Of a DNA stretch of 64,000 nt, positions 14,169 to 25,765 are shown piece by piece. Each line of letters begins with the position of its first letter. Position 1 is the first letter of the stretch. The DNA is from Laetmonice hystrix (lineage: Eukaryota). The position numbers were made by a program, and so were the translations under genes. The notes below the pieces were generated by a model, which had not been told where the DNA came from, searched no databases, and saw nothing but the letters and a program-made list of their open reading frames with translations. Location of the stretch: positions 1,488,001 through 1,552,000 of the forward strand of contig OZ249447.1 of assembly GCA_965235115.1 (NCBI GenBank). The letters run 5' to 3'.

Positions 14169-14308
14169 TCAATGGTCTGGGAATCTACGCAGTGCGTGAA
14201 GCTTGGCGAGTCGGAGATTGCCGAAGGTGTGCGCGAGCTCGTGATCGGGAGAACTTCCCGCGTGACGGTGTCGTCTGCTTTCCAGGTCATCGCGTTCGTC
14301 ATTGACGT
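14169..14308 (-). CDS. Candidate coding exon, possibly terminal (DVNDERDDLESRRHRHAGSSPDHELAHTFGNLRLAKLHALRRFPDH*), gene unknown
   Basis: Strong minus-strand acceptor CCTTTCCCCTGTTTCCGCCTGACAG; open phase-1 frame to TGA; an alternative phase-0 frame is also open; no homology recognised. Confidence 0.25.
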
Positions 14309-14412
14309 CTGTCAGGCGGAAACAGGGGAAAGGTCATCACGACAAGAGCCCAGTCAGCAGTTGTGTAAGCGTACCCCTCCCCCTGACTTAGATCAACTGG
14401 GGACGGCTCACA

Positions 14413-14638
14413 NNNNNNNNNNNNNNNNNNNNNNNNNNNNNNNNNNNNNNNNNNNNNNNNNNNNNNNNNNNNNNNNNNNNNNNNNNNNNNNNNNNNNNNN
14501 NNNNNNNNNNNNNNNNNNNNNNNNNNNNNNNNNNNNNNNNNNNNNNNNNNNNNNNNNNNNNNNNNNNNNNNNNNNNNNNNNNNNNNNNNNNNNNNNNNNN
14601 NNNNNNNNNNNNNNNNNNNNNNNNNNNNNNNNNNNNNN
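14413..14638. other. Assembly gap (226 N)
   Basis: Run of N. Confidence 1.
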
Positions 14639-15180
14639 ATTGACGAGCTTAATGCGAGGGGCGTTTATATAGTGCACTCAACCTACGGCCCTATGAACCC
14701 AAACACGAGTGTATCGTAACTTAGGTAGACATACAACGGTCGGTACAGGTAAATAGGTAGGCAAAGAGAGCTATGCATCTAGATACTTTGACCGACACAT
14801 CCGTGGGGCTAAAAGCAAAGAACGTAAATCTTTGATATAGATCCCAGTACGCACGCAAAAATGTAAACAAACCCAACCACAGGTATATAAAGGCGATTCG
14901 TAATCACAACATAAACATGAGAAGTGAACCGACTAACTCACTGTGATTCAAAGGTATGAATCACGACATATATCAACGTGTATACGGGTAGTTGTCGACG
15001 GTGGGGCTATTATAGCATTGATTGAAGTGAATTGACAAATTCTGTGATTCACATCAGGACTGTAGCTATGAATCACGACATAAACCGTACTATAGATATA
15101 TACGGGTGGTTGTCGACGGTGGGGCTGTTATAGTATTACGTGGTTTTAAGTCGGTGTATGCAGTCGCTGGAAATTGCTGC

Positions 15181-16969
15181 GTAGATAGGACTTCCCCATC
15201 TTGTCCAGGTCAGTGTTTGAAAGACCATGTAGATAGGACTTCCCCATCTTGTCCAGGTCAGTGTTTGAAAGACCATGTAGATAGGACTTCCCCACCTTGT
15301 CCAGGTCAGTGTTTGAAAGACCATGTAGATAGGACTTCCCCATCTTGTCCAGGTCAGTGTTTGAAAGACCATGTAGATAGGACTTCCCCATCTTGTCCAG
15401 GTCAGTGTTTGAAAGACCATGTAGATAGGACTTCCCCATCTTGTCCAGGTCAGTGTTTGAAAGACCATGTAGATAGGACTTCCCCATCTTGTCCAGGTCA
15501 GTGTTTGAAAGACCATGTAGATAGGACTTCCCCATCTTGTCCAGGTCAGTGTTTGAAAGACCATGTAGATAGGACTTCCCCATCTTGTCCAGGTCAGTGT
15601 TTGAAAGACCATGTAGATAGGACTTCCCCACCTTGTCCAGGTCAGTGTTTGAAAGACCATGTAGATAGGACTTCCCCATCTTGTCCAGGTCAGTGTTTGA
15701 AAGACCATGTAGATAGGACTTCCCCACCTTGTACAGGTCAGTATTTGAAAGACCATGTAGATAGGACTTCCCCACCTTGTACAGGTCAGTGTTTGAAAGA
15801 CCATGTAGATAGGACTTCCCCACCTTGTACAGGTCAGTATTTGAAAGACCATGTAGATAGGACTTCCCCACCTTGTACAGGTCAGTATTTGAAAGACCAT
15901 GTAGATAGGACTTCCCCACCTTGTACAGGTCAGTATTTGAAAGACCATGTAGATAGGACTTCCCCACCTTGTCCAGGTCAGTGTTTGAAAGACCATGTAG
16001 ATATAGGACTTGTACAGGTCAGTATTTGAAAGACCATGTAGATAGGACTTCCCCATCTTGTCCAGGTCAGTGTTTGAAAGACCATGTAGATAGGACTTCC
16101 CCATCTTGTCCAGGTCAGTGTTTGAAAGACCATGTAGATAGGACTTCCCCATCTTGTCCAGGTCAGTATTTGAAAGACCATGTAGATAGGACTTCCCCAC
16201 CTTGTACAGGTCAGTATTTGAAAGACCATGTAGATAGGACTTCCCCACCTTGTCCAGGTCAGTGTTTGAAAGACCATGTAGATAGGACTTCCCCACCTTG
16301 TCCAGGTCAGTATTTGAAAGACCATGTAGATAGGACTTCCCCACCTTGTACAGGTCAGTATTTGAAAGACCATGTAGATAGGACTTCCCCACCTTGTCCA
16401 GGTCAGTGTTTGAAAGACCATGTAGATATAGGACTTGTACAGGTCAGTATTTGAAAGACCATGTAGATAGGACTTCCCCATCTTGTACAGGTCAGTGTTT
16501 GAAAGACCATGTAGATAGGACTTCCCCATCTTGTCCAGGTCAGTGTTTGAAAGACCATGTAGATAGGACTTCCCCACCTTGTACAGGTCAGTATTTGAAA
16601 GACCATGTAGATAGGACTTCCCCACCTTGTATAGGTCAGTATTTGAAAGACCATGTAGATAGGACTTCCCCACCTTGTCCAGGTCAGTGTTTGAAAGACC
16701 ATGTAGATAGGACTTCCCCACCTTGTCCAGGTCAGTGTTTGAAAGACCATGTAGATAGGACTTCCCCACATTTTACAGGTAGTATTTGAAAGACCATGTA
16801 GATAGGACTTCCCCATCTTGTACAGGTCAGTGTTTGAAAGACCATGTAGATAGGACTTCCCCACCTTGTACAGGTCAGTGTTTGAAAGACCATGTAGATA
16901 GGACTTCCCCATCTTGTCCAGGTCAGTGTTTGAAAGACTATGTAGATAGGACTTCCCCACCTTGTACAG
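15181..16969. repeat. 39-bp minisatellite, ~45 copies
   Basis: GTAGATAGGACTTCCCCATCTTGTCCAGGTCAGTGTTTGAAAGACCAT-type unit; a rare deletion variant recurs at 16001 and 16426. Confidence 0.97.
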
Positions 16970-18094
16970 GAGTAGTAACATATGTGTGTATAATTTCCAG
17001 GTAACAGGCCAAGACAACTTCTTAATCCTGAATTCAGAGACCGTTCGTGGAGAAAACAATAAAGATAGTACTACTCTTGGGGTTTGTAGTAAAAAAACTG
17101 TTTGTAAACACAGAGTAAAGTGAATGCCACATTAAAACGTTCCTGCGATCACAGACGTATGGACATAACGCCGTGATATGAACGACATGCGTAATTGACG
17201 TGAGCCAATCACGTTGAAACACGTGTCAGTATTGATGTATTCATGACGCACACAGACGCTGCGACTGAGCTGGCTGCAGACGATTTCACCACCGTCCGGG
17301 CAGTGGCGCCACCATCGGCCGTTACTAGCTCAGTGTTCCTACAACAGGTGATTGTTCCAGTGTCTGTGAGGACGGGAGGGGGGGGGGGGGGGCGGGCCGG
17401 GGGCCCAGACAATTGCCTTTAAAGGTCACTCGTATTTACGCGCGCGGTTTCAGATCAACGTTGTAGAAACACAATTCTCTTCCTTCACAGAAGATATTTC
17501 CTTTTCACAATCCCGTACAGAGACACACTATGAAGGCTTTCAATGATTTCTCCGTCGTTTCATGGCACAACAGAAGAGTTCTACGATATCATTACTGACC
17601 AAATCACATTTGAGATTAATCTCTTGATTTGTTTCCTTGTAATGGGTGATAACCCTCTAACCCATTATCACATTTGTTTGTATTTAACTAAAAAAATCTA
17701 TTCTCGCTATGATCCGTATAGGTTATGGGTGTTATTTTCAAACATTATTTTATTTTCCTTTCTTTGATAATGCTGCCACTTTTAGAAATTTGAGAATATC
17801 GCTGTTTTAATATGAGATTTTAGCGGCGGTGTTCACACTGTTTTATGACGACAAATATAAAGGTACCCTTCGGTATGTTAGTATTTTCTTCTCCTTTTCT
17901 TTCTTCTTCTTTCTTTCTTCTTTTTGAGGGTTGTCTTTGTTCTGGGGATAAAGGGAACACCAGGGTATCAACCCGAACGAGATAAATGAGCGAGTATCTC
18001 CTCGCAATATCTCGATCGATAAAAGTTGTGGGTTTACCAGTGCCTGGTTCCTGGAGCCCGGCAGGTGTGGGAGGAATGTAAGGTCACCGGAATA

Positions 18095-18352
18095 CAGGTC
18101 AGCTTGGATTCCTTGGTTATGCAGGTCCGAGGTCATCCAGGTCAGCCTGCATTCCTTGGTTATGCAGGTCCGAGGTCATCAAGGTCAGCCTGGATTCCTT
18201 GGTTATGCAGGTCCGAGGTCATCCAGGTCAGCCTGGATTCCTTGGTTATGCAGGTCCGAGGTCATCCAGGTCAGCCTGCATTCCTTGGTTATGCAGGTCC
18301 GAGGTCATCCAGGTCAGCCTGCATTCCTTGGTTATGCAGGTCCGAGGTCATC
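18095..18352. repeat. 43-bp minisatellite, 6 copies
   Basis: CAGGTCAGCCTGCATTCCTTGGTTATGCAGGTCCGAGGTCATC. Confidence 0.95.
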
Positions 18353-18610
18353 AAGGTTAAGGTTAGGATTAAGGATAGGATTATGAACTATTTAAATAAT
18401 ACAACATCACGGATTTCAAGTCCTAGGGATGCAGTCCATAGGACCGGGAAATCTGTTACACCTGTTGTCAGAAAGCTCGCTACGTTTGGTATTAATCAGG
18501 ACATTCAAACAAAGAAGATTTCTTCACAGCCTCATGACGTACGTCTGCCATCTGAGAGGTCGACGTGGGGATGCACGTGCCACGTGCGCCACATGGTAGG
18601 GTGCGTGACT

Positions 18611-19541
18611 GGGAGGTGGTCTGGTGGTGCAGGTGTGGGGAGGTGGTCTGGTGGTGCAGGTGTGGGGAGGTGGTCTGGTGGTGGGGGTGTGGGGAGGTGG
18701 TCTGGTGGTGGGGGTGTGGGGAGGTGGTCTGGTGGTGCAGGTGTGGGGAGGTGGTCTGGTGGTGCAGGTGTGGGGAGGTGGTCTGGTGGTGGAGGTGTGG
18801 GGAGGTGGTCTGGTGGTGCAGGTGTGGGGAGGTGGTCTGGTGGTGGAGGTGTGGGGAGGTGGTCTGGTGGTGAGGGTGTGGGGAGGTGGTCTGGTGGTGA
18901 GGGTGTGGGGAGGTGGTCTGGTGGTGGGGAGGTGGGGAGGTGGTCTGGTGGTGGGGGTGTGGGGAGGTGGTCTGGTGGTGGGGGTGTGGGGAGGTGGTCT
19001 GGTGGTGAGGGTGTGGGGAGGTGGTCTGGTGGTGTGGGTGTGGGGAGGTGGTCTGGTGGTGTAGGTGTGGGGAGGTGGTCTGGTGGTGTAGGTGTGGGGA
19101 GGTGGTCTGGTGGTGTAGGTGTGGGGAGGTGGTCTGGTGGTGGGGGTGTGGGGAGGTGGTCTGGTGGTGGGGGTGTGGGGAGGTGGTCTGGTGGTGCAGG
19201 TGTGGGGAGGTGGTCTGGTGGTGGGGAGGTGGGGAGGTGGTCTGGTGGTGGGGGTGTGGGGAGGTGGTCTGGTGGTGGGGAGGTGGGGAGGTGGTCTGGT
19301 GGTGCAGGTGTGGGGAGGTGGTCTGGTGGTGGGGGTGTGGGGAGGTGGTCTGGTGGTGGTCTGGTGGTGTAGGTGTGGGGAGGTGGTCTGTTGGTGTAGG
19401 TGTGGGGAGGTGGTCTGGTGGTGTAGGTGTGGGGAGGTGGTCTGGTGGTGGTCTGGTGGTGCAGGTGTGGGGAGGTGGTCTGGTGGTGGTCTGGTGGTGC
19501 AGGTGTGGGGAGGTGGTCTGGTGGTGGTCTGGTGGTGCAGG
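18611..19541. repeat. 27-bp G/T-rich minisatellite, ~34 copies
   Basis: GGGAGGTGGTCTGGTGGTGCAGGTGTG. Confidence 0.97.
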
Positions 19542-19623
19542 TGTGTGTGTGTGTGTGGGGGGGGGGGCTCAGATCGGTGAGACGGTCTGTGGTGTCAGCC
19601 AGGTCCAAAATCACCACCAGCAG

Positions 19624-19760
19624 GGCCCCACCGCCGACCCAGCCGGGCCCCACCGCCGACCCAGCCGGGCCCCACCGCCGACCCAGCCGGGCCCCACCGC
19701 CGACCCAGCCGGGCCCCACCGCCGACCCAGCCGGGCCCCACCGCTGACCCAGCCGGGCCC
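19624..19760. repeat. 22-bp GC-rich tandem repeat, ~6 copies
   Basis: GCCCCACCGCCGACCCAGCCGG. Confidence 0.93.
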
Positions 19761-19949
19761 CAGGCCCGAGATCCAAGCCCGACGGTTGGTCCTGGAGCAG
19801 CGGGCAGGGAGCCCACATTTCAAACTACAGAATGACCATCACACACGCAGCAAGTGGCCTCCATCCAATCTACGCACGGGTTTTTTGTGTGTGTTTGTGC
19901 AGGTAGTTTGTGCAGGTCGAGCTAGAGCTCTCTTCATTCACATGTACTA

Positions 19950-20720
19950 TCATGATGCCTTGTGTTTTAACCCGCCGGTTGACCTTGAGGTATCATGATG
20001 CCTTGTGTTTTAACCCGCCGGTTGACCTTGAGGTATCATGATGCCTTGTGTTTTAACCCGCCGGTTGACCTTGAGGCATCATGATGCCTTGTGTTTTAAC
20101 CCACCGGTTGACCTTGAGGCATCATGATGCCTTGTGTTATAACCCCCCGGTTGACCTTGAGGCATCATGATGCCTTGTGTTTTAACCCACCGGTTGACCT
20201 TGAGGCATCATGATGCCTTGTGTTTTAACCCACCGGTTGACCTTGAGGCATCATGATGCCTTGTGTTATAACCCCCCGATTGACCTTGAGGCATCATGAT
20301 GCCTTGTGTTTTAACCCGCCGGTTGACCTTGAGGCATCATGATGCCTTGTGTTTTAACCCACCGGTTGACCTTGAGGCATCATGATGCCTTGTGTTTTAA
20401 CCCGCCGGTTGACCTTGAGGCATCATGATGCCTTGTGTTTTAACCCACCGGTTGACCTTGAGGCATCATGATGCCTTGTGTTTTAACCCGCCGGTTGACC
20501 TTGAGGCATTATGATGCCTTGTGTTTTAACCCGCCGGTTGACCTTGAGGCATCATGATGCCTTGTGTTTTAACCCGCCGGTTGACCTTGAGGCATCATGA
20601 TGCCTTGTGTTTTAACCCGCCGGTTGACCTTGAGGCATCATGATGCCTTGTGTTTTAACCCGCCGGTTGACCTTGAGGCATCATGATGCCTTGTGTTTTA
20701 ACCAGCCGGTTGACCTTGAG
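19950..20720. repeat. 43-bp minisatellite, ~18 copies
   Basis: TCATGATGCCTTGTGTTTTAACCCGCCGGTTGACCTTGAGGCA. Confidence 0.97.
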
Positions 20721-21414
20721 GCCGACGACAGACAGGAAAAGACAACAGGAAGTGGCCCTACAATGGTCTAAAATTAAGTTTAAGAATGGAAGGAATAATT
20801 GTTCACTGACTACCAACAACCCCGTTTTGTTATACACCCTCGATAAGGTTTCTGAACGCCGGTCCCTGGCGCCTGTTATCAAGTTTTTAAGCCCACATGT
20901 CAAATGTCTGTATGTACGAGTTTTGGGTTGATGAACGGGGCGTGAATAGACTTGGTGTAGATGACCACTACATGCCCGTCCCCGACACTACCAAGGTGAA
21001 GGTCACGGTATGACCTGGATGACCCCAGCCCCAGGTATGAAGGTCACACCTGACGTCCTTGTCAAACCGACCCCGGATCGTACCTCGGACGGATTGTTGG
21101 CCTCCACTGGACCAGTTTGTCATTCTCTCTGCCGTAACAAAGCCATTGTCATACACACTCGGGTAGACGCAACATGCCACGTATCTTCTGTCTGTGTTTG
21201 AGATTATCTAGGCCTCAGAATCTTTCACGTAATATATCTAATCATACAGAACGTGTTCGCAATGTGTCATTTCAACATTTCGTACGAGTTGCCGGGAGGA
21301 GTTGCCAGTGGCGACCTGAGGGCCGGAATATTTACATACGAGTGTGATCATTATGATCTCCTTGAGTTAGACACGTGTCTATATGTGTACTATAGTTATA
21401 GAGAACTATTAGAT

Positions 21415-22252
21415 ATAGTGAACCACTAGTCATAGTGAACCACTAGTTATAGTGAACCACTAGTTATAGAGAACCACTAGTTATAGTGAACCACTAGTTA
21501 TAGTGTACCACTTGTTATAGTGTACCACTAGTTATAGTGTACCACTAGTTATAGTGTACCACTTGTTATAGTGAACCACTAGTTATATTGAACCACTAGT
21601 TATGTTATAGTGTACCACTAGTTATAGTGAACCACTAGTTATGTTATAGTGTACCACTAGTTATAGTGAACCACTAGTTATGTTATAGTGAACCACTAGT
21701 TATAGTGAACCACTAGTTATGTTATAGTGAACCACTAGTTATAGTGAACCACTAGTTATGTTATAGTGAACCACTAGTTATGTTATAGTGTACCACTAGT
21801 TATAGTGAACCACTAGTTATAGTGTACCACTAGTTATAGTGTACCACTAGTTATAGTGTACCACTAGTTATAGTATACCACTAGTTATAGTGAACCACTA
21901 GTTATGTTATAGTGTACCACTAGTTATAGTGAACCACTAGTTATGTTATAGTGAACCACTAGTTATGTTATAGTGAACCACTAGTTATAGTGAACCACTA
22001 GTTATAGTGTACCACTAGTTATAGTGAACCACTAGTTATGTTATAGTGAACCCCTAGTTATGTTATAGTGAACCACTACTTATGTTATAGTGAACCACTA
22101 GTTATAGTGAACCACTAGTTATAGTGAACCACTAGTTATAGTGAACCACTAGTTATGTTATAGTGAACCACTAGTTATGTTATAGTGAACCACTAGTTAT
22201 GTTATAGTGAACCACTAGTTCTGTTATAGTGAACCACTAGTTATAGTGAACC
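21415..22252. repeat. 17/22-bp AT-rich minisatellite
   Basis: ATAGTGAACCACTAGTT with or without ATGTT. Confidence 0.96.
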
Positions 22253-22253
22253 T

Positions 22254-23126
22254 AGTCTCCAGTCCGAACTCCTCCCCACAGTCTTCAGGCCGGCCTCCTC
22301 CCCCACAGTCTCCAGGTGGGCCTCCCCCAGTCTCCAGGTGGGCCTCCCCCACAGTCTCCAGGTGGGCCTCCCCCAGTCTCCAGGTGGGCCTCCCCACAGT
22401 CTCAAGGTGGGCCTCCCCCACAGTCTCAAGGTGGGCCTCCCCACAGTCTCCAGGCCGGCTCCTCCCCCACAGTCTCTAGGTGGGCCTCCCCCACAGTCTC
22501 CCGGTGGGCCTCCCCCACAGTCTCCAGGTGGGCCTCCCTCACAGTCCCCAGGCCGGCTCCTCCCCCACAGTCTCCAGGTGGGCATCCCCCACAGTCTCCA
22601 GGTGGGCCTCCCCACAGTCTCCAGGCCGGCTCCTCCCCCACAGTCTCCAGGTGGTCCCTCCACAGTCTCCAGGTAGTCCTCCCCCACAGTCTCCAGGCAG
22701 GCCTCCTCACAGTCCTCAGGTGGGCCTCCCTCACAGTCTCCAGGTGGTCCCTCCACAGTCTCCAGGTTGTCCTCCCCCACAGTCCCCAGGCCGGCTCCTC
22801 CCCCACAGTCTCCAGGTGGGCCTCCCCCACAGTCTCCAGGTGGTCCCTCCACAGTCTCCAGGTTGTCCTCCCCCACAGTCTCCAGGCCGGCTCCTCCCCC
22901 ACAGTCTCCAGGTGGGCCTCCCCCACAGTCTCCAGGTGGTCCCTCCACAGTCTCCAGGTAGTCCTCCCCCACAGTCTCCAGGCAGGCCTCCTCACAGTCC
23001 CCAGGTGGGCCTCCCTCACAGTCTCCAGGTGGTCCCTCCACAGTCCCCAGACCGGCTCCTCCCCCACAGTCCCCAGGTGGGCCTCCCTCACAGTCTCCAG
23101 GCCGGCTCCTCCCCCACAGTCTCCAG
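22254..23126. repeat. Degenerate ~21-25-bp C-rich minisatellite
   Basis: CCCCACAGTCTCCAGG(T/C)GG(G/C)C(C)TC; explains the ORFs at 22224-23350. Confidence 0.95.
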
Positions 23127-23670
23127 TTTAACCAGCGTCGTGCCAATAGAATAGATGATTGGGATGAATACCAGGTAATGTACAACAGGCCCGAGCGGTA
23201 TGGGAGGCGGCGCTCCGTGCTCCAATTAGGGTCGGGAGTCGGGCGTAGGAGGCACGGGGGGGGGGGGGGGGCGGCACTCAGGTCAGCCACAGGCCCCCGG
23301 TCTCCAACCACACTGAGCATCAGGATCCTACCCACCCACCCACCCACCACACGAAGGAGGACAAGGCCACAAATGCCAGATTGTGAAGGTGTTGTGAGTC
23401 TGGCCTCTTCTCTCGTAGCTCAGTCACACCGGATGTTGGGAACCTCTAAGGCTACACCTTGGTCGTTGGTCACAACGAAGTGTTTTGGATGACCTTATAT
23501 TGACGACTAGCCCAGCCTGTGTCACTTTAATATCAGCGCATGTCAACGCATGTGGACCGCCCCAAGTTGTGACAGAGGGGGGCAGTAGGTTGACCAACTG
23601 TCTGAAAAACCTTTCACACATAAAAAGAAACATTTTTCAAAAATTTTAGTTACTAGCTACAGTGTATTTC

Positions 23671-23780
23671 CATTTAACGTCAGATTTGGGGTTTCACGCC
23701 TTGCTTTGGAAGGAACTGACTGAAAAACATACAGCCCTGGCCGGGGATCGAACCCGGACCGCAGTGGTGTGAGGCGATGG
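23671..23780 (-). mobile_element. tRNA-derived SINE with disrupted 5' end
   Basis: Minus strand reads CGCCTCACACCACTGCGGTCCGGGTTCGATCCCCGGCCAGGGC (B box 23744-23755), then a body ending ..GACGTTAAATG; abuts a microsatellite. Confidence 0.7.
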
Positions 23781-23788
23781 TGAGGCGA

Positions 23789-23856
<68 letters not shown>
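23789..23856. repeat. Compound (TG)n(AG)n microsatellite
   Basis: Read directly from the sequence. Confidence 0.98.
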
Positions 23857-23859
<3 letters not shown>

Positions 23860-24242
23860 CTTCACTTACGCTTTATTTTAGGTCGAGGGTCGCCGGGATG
23901 ATTAGGGTTGGAGTTTTACCCCATAGAAACAGCCGGGTTTATATCAGTAAAGGTAGAGTTTGCCCTGAAATCCCCACACTTCTTGCAGCGAAGAACCACA
24001 GAACTTTCCCACATAGTCTCGGAGGGGAGGGGCCCTGCCGTAACGAGCGACCAGCGACCCCCCCCCCCCGTCCTCCCGAGGAGCGTGCCAGCGATTAAAG
24101 GTTTAGGTATTTTTATGGGGGTATTTATCTGATTTCGGATGTTATAAAAGACATTCGTACATATATAACATGAAGTGTAAGTGAAGACCCTATCTTTGCC
24201 AATGTCTTTTCTGGCATGTTTCTCGTCTCGGATGAAGTAGTT

Positions 24243-24294
24243 GGTCACTGTGACCGATCACTGTGACCGGTCACTGTGACCTGTCACTGTGACC
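24243..24294. repeat. 13-bp palindromic unit GGTCACTGTGACC, 4 copies (ERE consensus GGTCAnnnTGACC)
   Basis: Perfect at 24243 and 24269, one mismatch at 24256 and 24282; an isolated perfect copy at 5733-5745. Confidence 0.85.
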
Positions 24295-25765
24295 GGTCTC
24301 TGAGCCAGCTCAATGATAAACTGGTCTTGGCAGGACACTCGTAATGTTACGAGGCCTGTGTAGAAACGTGCGCAGGGTTCAAGAGATCCAACATTTTTTA
24401 CAGATTTTTTTTACAGACAACTAGGCTGAGGTCGTATACTTGGAGCTCGGCTGCCGTTTGATCTTCGTTTTTTTACGGTAATAAATCAAGATGCCCCAAG
24501 GCGTCTGACGTCATAAGGAGCAGACGATAACGTAGAGACGGAGGTCTGACTTTGTTTATGTCGTCTGTCTGTCACAGGTATACGGCCGTAACCTATAGCA
24601 ACGTGAACGTAACGTGAACACAGCGCAGGTAGTTTGTCCTTTGGCCATGCGACATTCCCCCTGTAGAACAAAGACCTGTGGTTTGAACTTTGACCTCAAT
24701 GCGCGAAATTGGGGGGGGGGGGATTGCGATCTTTTTCTTTTTTTCGCATCGCATGTTATCGCATTTACGCGAATTCAGGATGTAAATCGTGTTGTTCAAA
24801 GGCCCAATTACCATCGAAAACGTGTTGTTTAATGAGCCAATAATCAGGGTGTAATTATAATCAAGGATCATTTATTACTATCCTTGGTGTAAAGGAAGAT
24901 GACAGATCGCCCAGGTCCTCCTGTAGACATGTGAAGGTGTGTCACTAAGTACAACTTCAGGCACAGATATGGACGTACATACTTGTATAACAAGATCTTT
25001 TTGTCATGAATGTCGCCAGTTTTGTGTATTACCATCTGGCTCACCAATAAAATATTCATTGATTTCATCGGAACACAAACCCCACCCACTGTGGGAGTGT
25101 CCACTTTTACTTTCGGACGTGTACAAAATGACATTCAGATTCCGAGTATAGATACACCATTTGGTGCGGAACGAAGGCGAAGATCTAAAAACAACCATTT
25201 ACCTTCATTGTTTATGGGAAATAAAAATGTTAAAAAAAGTTTCTTCGTTCATAATTTTACACAGGAAGTCGGGGTTCACATGCGGTGGTACGTTATTTTG
25301 CCATATCTGGTCTCCAGCCTCAATAGACTGTATAGCATGTTTCACATTATATAACATGTTAAAGACCGGTTAACATGTTTAAACATGTTACATGGTTAGG
25401 ATTTCGTCGACGACTGCGTTGTAGGCCTAGTTTATCATGTAGGTCTATACACGTAGTACAAACCTTCCAGTACATGTATCCAGAATCAGATTGGGGGAGG
25501 GGAGGCGCGGACTGCAGACTGACCAATGCTTCAGGTTAAAAAAAGTTTTTTTCAGCTAACTAGGCCTATAAAATCTTTATTTTGTTCCCATATTCCAGAA
25601 AAATGCGAATGTTTAATTTCCACATTTATCTGGGGGAAGGCGCCAATCCCCCGCCTGCTCAATGCTTCGCGCCTAGCTGATATCTGTACTAGTCATGATA
25701 GATTCAAACATCCATTATAAGTTTCTGCAGACTGAAAATGTCTCAGAAGACTTGATGGTGTCCCT

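Noticed and set aside
14115-14677. ORFs spanning the N gap
   Set aside because: Artefacts of translating Ns
10759-23755. Functional tRNA genes at the two B boxes
   Set aside because: No acceptor stem, cloverleaf or complete A box; SINE origin is more likely
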